Positions 21,528 through 31,739 of a stretch of DNA of 64,000 nt are shown piece by piece. The stretch is from assembly GCA_029856105.1 (NCBI GenBank), contig JAHQWH010000015.1, forward strand, positions 64,001 to 128,000, in the 5' to 3' direction. A program made the position numbers and the translations under genes. The notes beneath the pieces are model-generated. The model was given only the letters and a program-made list of their open reading frames with translations. It was not told the origin of the DNA and searched no databases. This stretch comes from Promethearchaeia archaeon (GTDB lineage: Archaea; Asgardarchaeota; Lokiarchaeia; Sigyniarchaeales; SOKP01). Position 1 is the stretch's first letter; each line of letters opens with the position of its first letter.

Positions 21528-22238
21528 ATGTCGTTTCCTAAAATATCTAGAACGTTAACTCAAGAAGAGGAACATGTAAAAGTTCAATTTTTAACAGAAA
21601 GTTTAGAACTTATTTTAAATAGATCTAAATGTGTTGGATGCGGGACATGCGCAAGAGTTTGCCCAAAGGAGGCTATTTCTCGCGGACCTGTTGGAGCTTC
21701 ACGTCGATTTCCAACAACCGAAGATATTGTATCAGAATTATACGATCCTCATAAATGTGTTTTCTGTGGCACTTGCGTAGTTATGTGCCCATTTGGCGCA
21801 TTGACGCTAAAAAAAGACGGAGAAATTATCAATTTAGCAGATATTCCTATTGTTGCTCAAAAAGTAGTTCCTAAAATCGAATTTGAAGCGAAAAAGCTAA
21901 AAAATGATAGAGTAGTAAAACAATACGCTAAAGCAACTGTGAAGGTTATTGACGAAGAATGTGCTAAAGGATGTGGATCGTGCGCTGAAGTGTGTCCCTC
22001 AGGAAGTATTGAAATAGCTAAAAGACCTGAGCATGGTTGGGAAATGTCTAAAAATGTAGAAGTTGTCGACCCAGATGCTTGCGTGGCTTGCGGAGCGTGC
22101 GATAACGCTTGTCCAACGGGAGCGTTGCAGCTTGAAATTACCGAAGTGAAAACTTCTGGTGAATTTAGCAAGTTATTTTGGCCACCATTGTTAGAAAGAT
22201 TGAAAACGTTAAGATGGAGTAAAAAGGAGGGCTCTTAA
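21528..22238 (+). CDS. Polyferredoxin (4x[4Fe-4S]), FwdF-like
   Basis: Four ferredoxin-type CxxCxxCxxxCP motifs (one with altered spacing), upstream of fwdD. Confidence 0.85.
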   Translation: MSFPKISRTLTQEEEHVKVQFLTESLELILNRSKCVGCGTCARVCPKEAISRGPVGASRRFPTTEDIVSELYDPHKCVFCGTCVVMCPFGALTLKKDGEIINLADIPIVAQKVVPKIEFEAKKLKNDRVVKQYAKATVKVIDEECAKGCGSCAEVCPSGSIEIAKRPEHGWEMSKNVEVVDPDACVACGACDNACPTGALQLEITEVKTSGEFSKLFWPPLLERLKTLRWSKKEGS

Positions 22239-22240
22239 AA

Positions 22241-22636
22241 ATGAGTTTAGAAAATTTAATTTTATTAACTGGTCGAACTATTAATCAGGGAGTAGCTCTT
22301 GAAGGTGGAAAAGTAACAAAAGAGAATGTCCGAGCTGCGGGCATATGTGCCTTCGATAGAGTCGATTTTAAGAAACTAGATTGTCTTGTTGGAACTCCCG
22401 TTAAAATTACAACTGATTTTGGAGAAGTTATAGTTTATTCTACAATTTCAGAAGAGGGACCTCATCCCGGGATATTATTTGTTCCGATGGGTCCATGGGC
22501 TAATCAGCTTGTGAATCCCGATTCGCAAGGGTGTGGCACTCCAACATATAAAGGGATGAAAGCAAAGGTTGAAGTTATTAAAAGCGGAAAGGTATTAGAT
22601 GCTTTGGAATTAATAGGAAAATTGAAAGAAGCTTAA
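22241..22636 (+). CDS. fwdD: Formylmethanofuran dehydrogenase subunit D
   Basis: LLTGRTINQG, FVPMGPWAN, GTPTYKG. Confidence 0.92.
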   Translation: MSLENLILLTGRTINQGVALEGGKVTKENVRAAGICAFDRVDFKKLDCLVGTPVKITTDFGEVIVYSTISEEGPHPGILFVPMGPWANQLVNPDSQGCGTPTYKGMKAKVEVIKSGKVLDALELIGKLKEA

Positions 22637-22640
22637 AGGA

Positions 22641-23975
22641 GTGAAAAGTATGGTAGAAAGAAAGCTTAAGACGATATATGACGTTCCGTGTCCATTTTGT
22701 GGAACTTTTTGTGATGACCTAGAAATTGATATGGATGTTAAAGAAAATAAAGTTGTTGAAGTTAGAAACGCTTGCCAAATCGGTACTAAAAAATTCTTAT
22801 CCTCAAATAGCGAGCATCGTTATTTAAAGCCTTTAATTAAAAAGAAAGGAGAGTTTAAAGAAGTTTCATGGGACGAAGCACTTGATAAAGCTGCCGAGAT
22901 ATTAATTAAAGCAAAAAGACCTCTATTATATGGGTTTTCTAGTACTGAATGTGAAGCTCAAAGTAAAGGCGTTGAGTTAGCAGAAACTTTAAATGCTCTT
23001 TTAGATAATACGGCTTCGGTTTGCCATGGTCCTAGCTTATTAGCAATTCAAGATGTCGGTGCGCCATCGTCAACATTAGGAGAATATAAAAATAGAGCCG
23101 ATTTGGTAATATTTTGGGGATCTAATCCAGTTCATGCCCATCCTCGACATTTAAGTAGATACAGCAGTTTTGTAAGGGGTTATTTTAGAAATGACGGTAG
23201 AAACGATAGATTTATCGTAGTTGTAGATCCAAGAAATACTCACACTGCCCAAATTGCAGACTTATACATCAAGATAAATCCTAACGAGGATTATCAACTA
23301 CTAAATGCAATTAGAGCTATGATAAGAGGTACAGAACTAGACGTAAAAGAAGTTGCTGGCGTTCCAATAGAAAAAATGAAAGAACTAGTGAAAATATTAA
23401 AATCGTGTAAGTTTGGAGTAATCTTCTTCGGCATGGGTTTAACGCATACATTAGCACATCATCGCAATGTTGACACAGCAATATGCCTAGTTAGGGAGCT
23501 GAACGATTATACTAAATTTCTTTTAACTCCCATGCGAGGGCATTACAATGTAGCTGGAGCAAATCAAGTTTTTACTTGGAATACAGGCTACGCGTATTCT
23601 ATCGACTTTTCAAGAGGATATCCGCGTTATAATCCTGGAGAATTCTCTTCTGTCGATCTTCTAACGAGAGACGAAGTAGACGCCGCATTAATTGTAGCCT
23701 CTGATCCAGCAAGTAATTTTCCCGCAGCGTCAGTAAGAAACTTATTCAAACATCCGCTAATTTCAATAGAACCGCATGAAACCCCGACATCTGCATTTGC
23801 CGACGTAATTTTACCTGCAGCGTTTGCCGGAATTGAGTGCGAAGGAACTGCTTACCGTATGGATAAAGTCCCTTTAAGATTGAGGAAAGTAAAGGAACCA
23901 CCGGGAGAATGTTTGCCTGATAAAGAAATATTAGAAAGATTAATTGAAAAAGTGAAAGAAAAGATGGGTGAGTAA
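22641..23975 (+). CDS. fwdB: Formylmethanofuran dehydrogenase subunit B (W/Mo-pterin; Cys ligand)
   Basis: CPFCGTFCDD, DNTASVCHGPS, HAHPRH, MRGHYNV, GTAYRMD. Confidence 0.95.
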   Translation: MKSMVERKLKTIYDVPCPFCGTFCDDLEIDMDVKENKVVEVRNACQIGTKKFLSSNSEHRYLKPLIKKKGEFKEVSWDEALDKAAEILIKAKRPLLYGFSSTECEAQSKGVELAETLNALLDNTASVCHGPSLLAIQDVGAPSSTLGEYKNRADLVIFWGSNPVHAHPRHLSRYSSFVRGYFRNDGRNDRFIVVVDPRNTHTAQIADLYIKINPNEDYQLLNAIRAMIRGTELDVKEVAGVPIEKMKELVKILKSCKFGVIFFGMGLTHTLAHHRNVDTAICLVRELNDYTKFLLTPMRGHYNVAGANQVFTWNTGYAYSIDFSRGYPRYNPGEFSSVDLLTRDEVDAALIVASDPASNFPAASVRNLFKHPLISIEPHETPTSAFADVILPAAFAGIECEGTAYRMDKVPLRLRKVKEPPGECLPDKEILERLIEKVKEKMGE

Positions 23976-23978
23976 AGT

Positions 23979-24827
23979 TTGACCGATATTAAGTTAAAAA
24001 TAAAAAAGAAACTAAAATTTCCTTTAGAAGCAGATAGTATAACACCAGATAATTTCGCTGGGAAAACTTTAAGCGATATCAAGAAATTACCGTTATATTA
24101 CGCTAAAGAACTAAAGACTATTGGCGATTTTTTTGATGTTTCTGGAAAATCAGCTGAAGTTGCTAACACTAAAATTGTTATAGATGGCGATGTCTCTAAC
24201 GTAAAGCGTATTGGCGAAAAAATGAAGGGAGGAGAAATAGTGATTAATGGTGATGTCGGTATGCACGTGGGAAATAACATGTCTGGGGGAAAAATCGTAG
24301 TTAATGGAAATGCGGACGATTGGGCTGGAGCTATGCTTAAAGGTGGTGAACTTGAAATCAATGGAGATTCTGGGCATTATACGGGCTCTGCATATAGAGG
24401 ATTCTGGCAGGGAATGAGAAATGGTGTGATTCGAGTTAAAGGAAAAGTAGGTAGCGAATCAATGATATGGGCAAACGGTTCTATAATTGCTAAAAGATTC
24501 CCTACTTTATATTGTGGCGGAGCAGCAGCTTTTTTAGGGCTTCATTCACATGGTGCGACAATCGTAGTTGAAGGCGATGCAGACCGCTGCGTTGGAGCAG
24601 ACCAAATAAAGGGAACTATAGTGATTAAGGGAAAAACCCCCGTATTACCATCATTTGTAAAAATTGGGGAAGTTAAAGAAATCGAACTATTCAATGGTGA
24701 AAAAATAACCGGAAAGTTTATTGAGTACAGTGGAGACCATTCTGTAAAGAAAAACCATTCTGCTATTAGTAAAAAGACTGGGGAACTTAATATAGGTGTC
24801 AATGGTAGGTTATTTGTAGCCGCATAA
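23979..24827 (+). CDS. fwdC: Formylmethanofuran dehydrogenase subunit C
   Basis: LEADSITPD, GXGXG beta-helix repeats (G..M.GG.I.I.G), GSAYRG. Confidence 0.92.
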   Translation: MTDIKLKIKKKLKFPLEADSITPDNFAGKTLSDIKKLPLYYAKELKTIGDFFDVSGKSAEVANTKIVIDGDVSNVKRIGEKMKGGEIVINGDVGMHVGNNMSGGKIVVNGNADDWAGAMLKGGELEINGDSGHYTGSAYRGFWQGMRNGVIRVKGKVGSESMIWANGSIIAKRFPTLYCGGAAAFLGLHSHGATIVVEGDADRCVGADQIKGTIVIKGKTPVLPSFVKIGEVKEIELFNGEKITGKFIEYSGDHSVKKNHSAISKKTGELNIGVNGRLFVAA

Positions 24828-24956
24828 ATTTTAACATAAAAAATATTATTCGTTACTTTTTTTAAAAAAATTTTATAAATTAGAGTAATAAACTCTTTAT
24901 TACTAAATTGAATTAATATTTCAGCAGTTTTAGTTAAATTAAATTCGGTTTTTAAA

Positions 24957-25766
24957 TTGTATAAAAGAAAAGTAAATATTACTAAAATTCGCAAGGATCA
25001 AAGAAGCGAAGAGATAGATGTTGTTCTAATAGAGAGCCCAATCGATATTATTGTAAATTCTGAACCTTTAGTAAATATAATATGTTTAAATAAAGACTTA
25101 ATTGAATTGGCCACAGGGTTCTTGTATTCTATAGGAGTAATAAACAGTATAGAAGATATTAAAACTATCAAAATTGATAATATTGAAGGACGGGTTTACG
25201 TTGACTTAGTAGAGACTATAAATTTCAGTTCAAAAGCTTTAGATGTGAATCCCGTTAGCAGAGTGATTGATACTACGTGTGGAATTCCCTCGCCTTGGCG
25301 CGATTTAATTAAAGAAAAATTGAAGGAGACCAAATCAACATTTGATCTTAACAAACAAGAGACAATAAGCCAAGAAGTGATTTTTTCGATTATTGTTAAG
25401 ATGCAACAAGAGACAAAACTATTTAGAGAGACAGGCGGTTGTCACGGAGCTGCGATCTTTGATATGAAGGGAAATTTATTAACTGTCAGAGAAGATATAG
25501 GAAGGCACAACGCGATAGATAAAGTAATTGGGTATTTGCTATTGAAAGGAGAATCTTTCGACAATAAAATTTTAACCTCAACCGGTAGGTTAACGGGTGA
25601 TTCGGTTCTCAAGGCTGTAAGAGCGCAAATCCCTATTGTTACTTCTCTATCTGCCGCTATTGAATCTGGCATAAGATTAGCTTTTTCCTATGGCATTACT
25701 TTAATTGGTTTTGTCAGGGGTGGTACGATGAATATTTATACTCACCCCAAAAGAATTAAAATTTAG
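24957..25766 (+). CDS. fdhD: FdhD/NarQ sulfur-carrier accessory protein
   Basis: ETGGCHGAA, EDIGRHNAIDKVIG, TGR, TLIGFVR. Confidence 0.92.
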   Translation: MYKRKVNITKIRKDQRSEEIDVVLIESPIDIIVNSEPLVNIICLNKDLIELATGFLYSIGVINSIEDIKTIKIDNIEGRVYVDLVETINFSSKALDVNPVSRVIDTTCGIPSPWRDLIKEKLKETKSTFDLNKQETISQEVIFSIIVKMQQETKLFRETGGCHGAAIFDMKGNLLTVREDIGRHNAIDKVIGYLLLKGESFDNKILTSTGRLTGDSVLKAVRAQIPIVTSLSAAIESGIRLAFSYGITLIGFVRGGTMNIYTHPKRIKI

Positions 25767-25842
25767 TGATGTAAAAACTCAAACTTTTATTTTTATATTA
25801 TTGATGTTATTGATATCTTAAATAAAAAAAAAATTTAAAAAA

Positions 25843-26454
25843 GTGGGATTAATGAAAAATATAACATGGATTTTATTGTGTTTTCTAGGTGGAATTTTAA
25901 TGGTTATAGGCTCAGCAACTGGGAGTGCCGTGTTTTACGTCTATTTGGCTAATCTTGCATCTTCTTATATTAGTCCAGATTTTATGCCATTAGTTGCCTC
26001 AATATTAACTGTTTTAGAGTATATTTCCTTTTTTGGGGGATATTCTGTTATCGTAGGAGCTATCCTGATATTGATCAAGCAAATTAGATTAGGTAAAATT
26101 ATCATTACGGTTGCCACGGGTTTTGGAATGTTAGGGTTAGTCTTTTATGCGGGTACTTGGATCTTGGGAATTTCGGGTATTGCTGTCAGTCCTGCCGTTC
26201 AAGCAATTTTAAATCAAATGTACAGCCTATTTACTTACAATTCAGGGATGGCGTTTACTGGAACTGTCCTTGCTGTTCTTGGTAGATACGGAATTAAGAA
26301 ACCTAAGAAAAGGGAAAAAGAAGATTCTACAGAAAAAGCAAAAAACGACGATTCTACCACGGAAACCCTTGATAGCAAATTTTGCCCAAACTGTGGCGAG
26401 AAATTGCCTATTACAGCCAATTTTTGCAACCAATGTGGAACTAATTTCGATTAA
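25843..26454 (+). CDS. Membrane protein with C-terminal zinc ribbon
   Basis: About 4 TM segments followed by FCPNCG-x8-FCNQCG. Confidence 0.8.
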   Translation: MGLMKNITWILLCFLGGILMVIGSATGSAVFYVYLANLASSYISPDFMPLVASILTVLEYISFFGGYSVIVGAILILIKQIRLGKIIITVATGFGMLGLVFYAGTWILGISGIAVSPAVQAILNQMYSLFTYNSGMAFTGTVLAVLGRYGIKKPKKREKEDSTEKAKNDDSTTETLDSKFCPNCGEKLPITANFCNQCGTNFD

Positions 26455-26572
26455 TCAATCCTTTCTTTTATTTTTTTATTAAATTTAGTAAAGGTTTATA
26501 TCTCAATTGTTTTATAATTCTATTTAGGGTTATTATATTTATATCTACAATTGATTTATCCATAGTGTAAAA

Positions 26573-28156
26573 ATGAATCTTGAAATTTTTGGTGGATTGA
26601 ACGAAATTGGAGGAAATAAAATCTTCATTAATATAGGAGATAAAAAGTTTCTCTTTGACTTTGGTCTTTCTTTTAGTGAGAATCAAAAATATTTCTCAGA
26701 ATTCCTCACTCCACGCAAACTAAATGGAATTATTGATTATTTGTATTTAGGTCTTATACCCTCTATTAATAAATTATATCGGAACGATCTAATTACCCCA
26801 TTTTCTGATATTTTGAATTCAGAACCATATAAAATTATTACTACTAATGAAAATATTGTGGATGCATTTTTTCTTACGCACGCACATATGGACCACTACA
26901 AATTCATATGCTTTCTCAAACAAAACACACCAATCTATATGAACTGGATTTCAAATACGATAATCGAGCATATCACAAGCACTTCAAATGACCCTCTCTT
27001 ACATGAAGTTTTAAATTTTTATGACACTTTTAAAATCGTACCAAAAAAAAGACAACGTAAAGATAGTGAAATTGAATATAAGAGAGCAACCAAACCGGAT
27101 TACAAACAATCAGAAATTAAGAGACCAATTAAGATTATAAAAGAAGGCATACCTATATCGTTTAAATCGTCTCAGGGAGAGGTCATTATTACTCAGTTTC
27201 AAACGGACCATTCAATTCCAGGCGCTTGTTCCTATATTATTGAGTGCGATGGGAGAAGTGTCATTTACACAGGCGATTTTAGACGGCATGGATCTCATAG
27301 TGCTTGGGTGGACGATTTTATTAAAAAAGCTTGTGAATCCAACCCAATAGCAATTATTACTGAAGGCACAAGAGTTCCGAATATTGAGGATTTCAAGAAA
27401 GGCAAATATCGTAGGGGTGAACAATCTGAAAGCGATGTAGAAGTTCGCTCAAGAGAAACTATTAGGAATCATCCGGGGTTAATTCTCGTGAGATGTCCTT
27501 CTAGAAGTCTCGATAGGATTTTATTATATTATTCGCTTGCAAAAAAGTTCAATCGAAGATTCGCGATTACTCCCAAAATATTTCACTTAATCGATTGCTT
27601 TAGAATGAGACTTGATAATATGGACGAAAGCGTTATAAAACAATATTATAACAATTACGATCTTCCTGATTTTAGTGATAAAAACTTCGTTATATATCTA
27701 CCGCGAAAAGGTTGGGGCATATTCGAATCCGCAGATTATAAAGGGTATCAAAAAGATATCCTTAAAATTGGTAACTATGTTACATACAAGGATGTTAAAA
27801 AAGAACCTGAAAAATATTTACTCTATCTTGATTATTTTATGCTGAGTGAATTAATAGACTTAGATCAAAAACCTGGTAAAACTCTATTTCTAAACTCTGT
27901 TACTGACCCATTTAATGAAGAGATGACAATAAAAGAAGAGAAGTTAGATATGTGGCTAAAAAGATTCGGAATATCGAAAACTGAAACAGTTCATTCATCA
28001 GGGCATTGCACCGTAGATGGCCTAATGGATTTTCTTCAAAAAATTGATGCCGAAAATATAATACCCGTACATACGGAACATCCCGAAACATTTCAAGAAT
28101 TTGGATTATCTGGAAAAGTAATTTTGCCTGAAAAAGGAAAAAAATATACATTTTAG
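26573..28156 (+). CDS. Metallo-beta-lactamase/beta-CASP protein (RNase J-like)
   Basis: GGLNEIGGN, THAHMDH, DHSIPGA, YTGDFR, HSSGH, PVHTE. Confidence 0.88.
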   Translation: MNLEIFGGLNEIGGNKIFINIGDKKFLFDFGLSFSENQKYFSEFLTPRKLNGIIDYLYLGLIPSINKLYRNDLITPFSDILNSEPYKIITTNENIVDAFFLTHAHMDHYKFICFLKQNTPIYMNWISNTIIEHITSTSNDPLLHEVLNFYDTFKIVPKKRQRKDSEIEYKRATKPDYKQSEIKRPIKIIKEGIPISFKSSQGEVIITQFQTDHSIPGACSYIIECDGRSVIYTGDFRRHGSHSAWVDDFIKKACESNPIAIITEGTRVPNIEDFKKGKYRRGEQSESDVEVRSRETIRNHPGLILVRCPSRSLDRILLYYSLAKKFNRRFAITPKIFHLIDCFRMRLDNMDESVIKQYYNNYDLPDFSDKNFVIYLPRKGWGIFESADYKGYQKDILKIGNYVTYKDVKKEPEKYLLYLDYFMLSELIDLDQKPGKTLFLNSVTDPFNEEMTIKEEKLDMWLKRFGISKTETVHSSGHCTVDGLMDFLQKIDAENIIPVHTEHPETFQEFGLSGKVILPEKGKKYTF

Positions 28157-28227
28157 AAATAATTGAGAAAAAAAAATACTTTAACACCTAAAAGGTGCTA
28201 ATGTTAATTTGTTGGATTTTTGATTTG

Positions 28228-29355
28228 TTATCTGGATCCACAGACAATTTGGCGTTTTTTGGTAAAAATTAACCAAATTACGCTAAATCCAATGAATAAT
28301 AAGAAAGAATTACCAAATGGAATTATCGGGTCGGAAATATCAAAGACCGCCAAACCGGAACGATCATCCGCCACATAGGCGTAATCTCCGCTCACGTAAA
28401 CACCAATTGCATATCCTGTCGTGTCTTCGTAGATGGGTGTTCCCGGGTTTGTCGGGTTAGAAACATCAATGATCGCCAAACCGGAATCGCCATCCGCCAC
28501 GTAGGCATAATTTCCACTCACATAAACGCTCCATGCATATCCGGTCGTGTCTTTGTAGACGGGTGTTCCCGGGTTTGTCGGGTTGGAAACGTCGATGACT
28601 GCCAATCTATCGGTACATGCCATGTAGACGTAATCTCCCCTCACATAAACGCCTCGTGCATTTCCAGTCGTGTCTTCGTAGATGGGCATTCCTGGGTTTG
28701 CCGGGTTGGAAACATCGATGACTGCCAAACCAGAATCGTAATCTGCCACATATGCGTAATTTCCGCTCACATAAACGCCATTTGCACCTCCGGTCGTGTC
28801 TTCGTAGACGGGCGTTCCTGGGTTTGCAGGGTTGGAGACATCGATGACCGCTAAACCCGAATCGTAATCTGCCACATAGGCGTAACCTCCGCTCACGAAA
28901 ATGCCACGTGCAGATCCTATCGTGTCTTCGTAGACGGGCGTTCCCGGGTTTGCCGGGTCGGAAACATCGATGATCGCCAAGCCCGAATCGTAATCTGCCA
29001 CAAAGGCGTAACCTCCACTCACATAAACGCCACGTGCAGATCCTGTCGTGTCTTCGTAGACGGGCGTTCCCGGGTTTGCAGGGTTGGAAACATCGATAAC
29101 CGCCAAACCCGAATCGTAATCTGCCACATAGGCGTAACCTCCGCTCACATAAACGCCACGTGCAGATCCTGTCGTGTCTTCGTAGTAAACAGTAGATGCT
29201 TGGAGTGGTTGCGTATTAATATTCTCGTTAGGATTCTTCTCTTCAATGGGAATTAAGATATCTCTCTGTAAACTTATTAACAAATTTGGAATTACGATAA
29301 ACATTGAAATAAATAAAATAATCAGCGAGATTTTATTTTTTTTTGATTTCTGCAT
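28228..29355 (-). CDS. Secreted, surface-anchored LVIVD-repeat beta-propeller protein with Loki-CTERM-like tail
   Basis: N-terminal basic plus hydrophobic signal, seven ~42-aa repeats (YAYVAD..SGLAVIDVSNP.NP), and a C-terminal IPFGN-TM-KKR tail. Confidence 0.88.
   Translation of the reverse strand: MQKSKKNKISLIILFISMFIVIPNLLISLQRDILIPIEEKNPNENINTQPLQASTVYYEDTTGSARGVYVSGGYAYVADYDSGLAVIDVSNPANPGTPVYEDTTGSARGVYVSGGYAFVADYDSGLAIIDVSDPANPGTPVYEDTIGSARGIFVSGGYAYVADYDSGLAVIDVSNPANPGTPVYEDTTGGANGVYVSGNYAYVADYDSGLAVIDVSNPANPGMPIYEDTTGNARGVYVRGDYVYMACTDRLAVIDVSNPTNPGTPVYKDTTGYAWSVYVSGNYAYVADGDSGLAIIDVSNPTNPGTPIYEDTTGYAIGVYVSGDYAYVADDRSGLAVFDISDPIIPFGNSFLLFIGFSVIWLIFTKKRQIVCGSR
28330..29184 (-). repeat. 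Seven tandem ~126-bp coding repeats, near-identical at DNA level
   Basis: Recurring gtcgtgtcttcgtagacgggcgttcc and aatcgtaatctgccaca units at ~126-nt spacing. Visibly more GC-rich than the flanks. Confidence 0.92.
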
Positions 29356-29822
29356 TTATTTACACCACCGTCTTAAATTTTCTTAAAGATATCTTTTTAA
29401 TATTAAGATGTTATTATTTTTAAAGAATGTGATCAGTAATTGAAAAATGACAGTTATGCGTTGCCCCCGATATAATAGAAAGAAAATTACAGCGGAATTT
29501 TCGAACGTGCTGAATATAATTTAGAATTTAAGAAAGGCGTTTTAGAAAAGTTTGGTAAATTGAACATATTAGCCATTGAAGAAAAGAAAAGTACTTTAGA
29601 AGTGTTAAAGAAAATGAAGAAATTAAGGAATAAAAGTAATTTTATATTTATTTAGTCAAGTATTGAAACATATATTAGAAAAAGATTTCTTCTAATTTCA
29701 GAAGTAAATAAAAGAGATTAAACTAAATTTTGATTTACCAAATTTTTTAATAAATTTTGCATTAAAACAATATAATTATTATATAAAATAAGATATATGA
29801 TTGTATTGAGGAGATTATAAGA

Positions 29823-31226
29823 ATGCCTGTACCCGTTGCGTTTATGCAGTTAAGTTCGTGTTGGGGTTGTCATCAGAGTTTATTAAACGCCCATCTAGGA
29901 CTACTCGATATTTTACCTAATTTAGATATCGTCTATTGGCCGGCTGTAGTTGATTTCAAGCACGATTCATTGAAAGCAAGGAAAGATGGAAGTATTGTTG
30001 TTGGATTCTTAGAAGGTGTAGCTAGAACTAAACAAGATACAGCCAATATTAAATTAATGAGAAAGAAATGTAGTATAATAGTTGCTTTTGGGACTTGCGC
30101 TTGTTACGGAAGTGTAGCAGGTTTAGCAAATTTGTTTGATAAAGACGAATTGATAAAAAGAAAATTTATGGAAACCGAATCTATTACTGATAAAGAACCT
30201 AAGGAACCAAGCCAACATGTACCTGGAATCGAGGAATTTATTGTTAATGTAAAAGATATAATTGATGTAGATGTATTTATCCCGGGATGCCCACCAACGA
30301 CGGATAACATAGTAGCTGCGATAACCTATTTGTTTACATTAGTTGGCGAGGGACCAAGCTCTCTCGACAAAAATAAGTGCGTATGCGATAATTGCGACCT
30401 TTTCAAAGAAGGCTGTTTTTTAGATAAAGGTAAATTGTGTTATGGTCCAATTACAGCTGCGGGATGTGAATTAATGTGTCCCCACGAAGGAGATATGTGT
30501 CTAGGCTGCTTTAAACCCACAAATAAGCCGGGTGAGAAGTTTAAGCTATTAAAACAGATATTAGATGGTGTAGAAGAATTAGACGCTGAAACAGGAGCTA
30601 GTTTACAGCATTTTCTTAATCTGTACTTAGGCGCGTCAAATATTACCAACTTTTATTTTAGGGGAGATTTATTGCAGCGACTAGCCTACGAACCCGATAG
30701 TTTCAAAGTAAAGGAAATTGAAACTGAGAAAGGCCCAAAACTAATTTTAGATGTCGAACCAACTGGGACTAATGCTATTGATGAAATTGTAGGAGCTTCA
30801 TTGTTCCTATTAAAGAACGATCCATATTTTAAATTCAGTTCTAAAACGGTTTGTAGCCATTGCGATAGAGAAGTTGCTGATAAAGTTCCAACTGAATTGA
30901 AAAGAGACTACGAAGGATTACCCTCCATGGATACGTGTTTTTTAGAGCAAGGTTATATATGTTTGGGACCTGTAACACAAGCCGGTTGCGGTGCAATTTG
31001 TCCAAATAAAGCGAACGCACCTTGTTTAGGATGTTATGGCCCTCCAGTGGGAGTAGAGGATCAAGGTCTAAAATTTATTAGTTCTTTAGGTTCTCTCTGT
31101 GCCGACCGCGATGTCGACGAAGTAATGAAAGCGATAAAAGATCCAGCAGGGTTGTTTAATAGATTTACTTTAGCAGCTAGCGTCTTGGGTCATAAATACC
31201 ACGATAAGATAGAGGAAGAAGAATAA
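29823..31226 (+). CDS. mvhG: MvhG-like [NiFe]-hydrogenase small subunit with duplicated C-terminal Fe-S domain
   Basis: SSCWGC, FLEG, AFGTCACYG, IPGCPP, then two copies of the distal-cluster block (VCxxC...CFL..G..C.GP.T.AGC...CP.....CLGC). Confidence 0.85.
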   Translation: MPVPVAFMQLSSCWGCHQSLLNAHLGLLDILPNLDIVYWPAVVDFKHDSLKARKDGSIVVGFLEGVARTKQDTANIKLMRKKCSIIVAFGTCACYGSVAGLANLFDKDELIKRKFMETESITDKEPKEPSQHVPGIEEFIVNVKDIIDVDVFIPGCPPTTDNIVAAITYLFTLVGEGPSSLDKNKCVCDNCDLFKEGCFLDKGKLCYGPITAAGCELMCPHEGDMCLGCFKPTNKPGEKFKLLKQILDGVEELDAETGASLQHFLNLYLGASNITNFYFRGDLLQRLAYEPDSFKVKEIETEKGPKLILDVEPTGTNAIDEIVGASLFLLKNDPYFKFSSKTVCSHCDREVADKVPTELKRDYEGLPSMDTCFLEQGYICLGPVTQAGCGAICPNKANAPCLGCYGPPVGVEDQGLKFISSLGSLCADRDVDEVMKAIKDPAGLFNRFTLAASVLGHKYHDKIEEEE

Positions 31227-31723
31227 TGGTAATGATCGATTACGAATTAAAAAAAAAGGTAATGGATGCTAACATTCACGACGCTTTAAAATATTGCTAT
31301 CAATGCAATCGTTGCACAGATGTTTGTCCCGTTGCGGATCTCGCACCAAATAGATACAACCCTCGAGATTTAATCTTAAATTCTTTTCTGGGATTGAGAG
31401 AGAACATATTTAGAGGGGACGATAATTTTAATATATGGGGTTGTACTATGTGCGACACATGTGACGAGATATGTCCTCAAAAAATCGAATTAACTGGCAT
31501 ATTTACTGTACTAAAAAATATGTCAATTGCTATGGGTGAAGGACCAGAATATTATACGATTCAAGCTTCAGCGATTTACGATAGTGGAAAAGCCATCCCA
31601 CCCCAACCCGCAATTGAAAGAAGAAGAGAACAATTAGGACTTCCTAAAGTTGAAACTCCAAACATTGAAGAAGTCAAAACAATATTAAATGAAACTAAAT
31701 TAAATAAAATTATAAATAAATAA
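31226..31723 (+). CDS. hdrC: Heterodisulfide reductase subunit C
   Basis: CYQCNRCTDVCP and WGCTMCDTCDEICP. Start overlaps the mvhG stop. Confidence 0.9.
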   Translation: MVMIDYELKKKVMDANIHDALKYCYQCNRCTDVCPVADLAPNRYNPRDLILNSFLGLRENIFRGDDNFNIWGCTMCDTCDEICPQKIELTGIFTVLKNMSIAMGEGPEYYTIQASAIYDSGKAIPPQPAIERRREQLGLPKVETPNIEEVKTILNETKLNKIINK

Positions 31724-31739
31724 GAAAAGAGAATTTATT

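Noticed and set aside
28330-29184. Regular DNA repeats as a CRISPR array or DGR template/variable repeat
   Set aside because: The units are in-frame 126-bp coding repeats with no unique spacers, and no cas or reverse transcriptase gene is in the window.
29480-29656. Open stretch ENYSGIFERAEYNLEF...KKLRNKSN on the + strand
   Set aside because: It is preceded by in-frame stops, has no convincing start and no recognisable family. It may be a gene remnant but cannot be supported.
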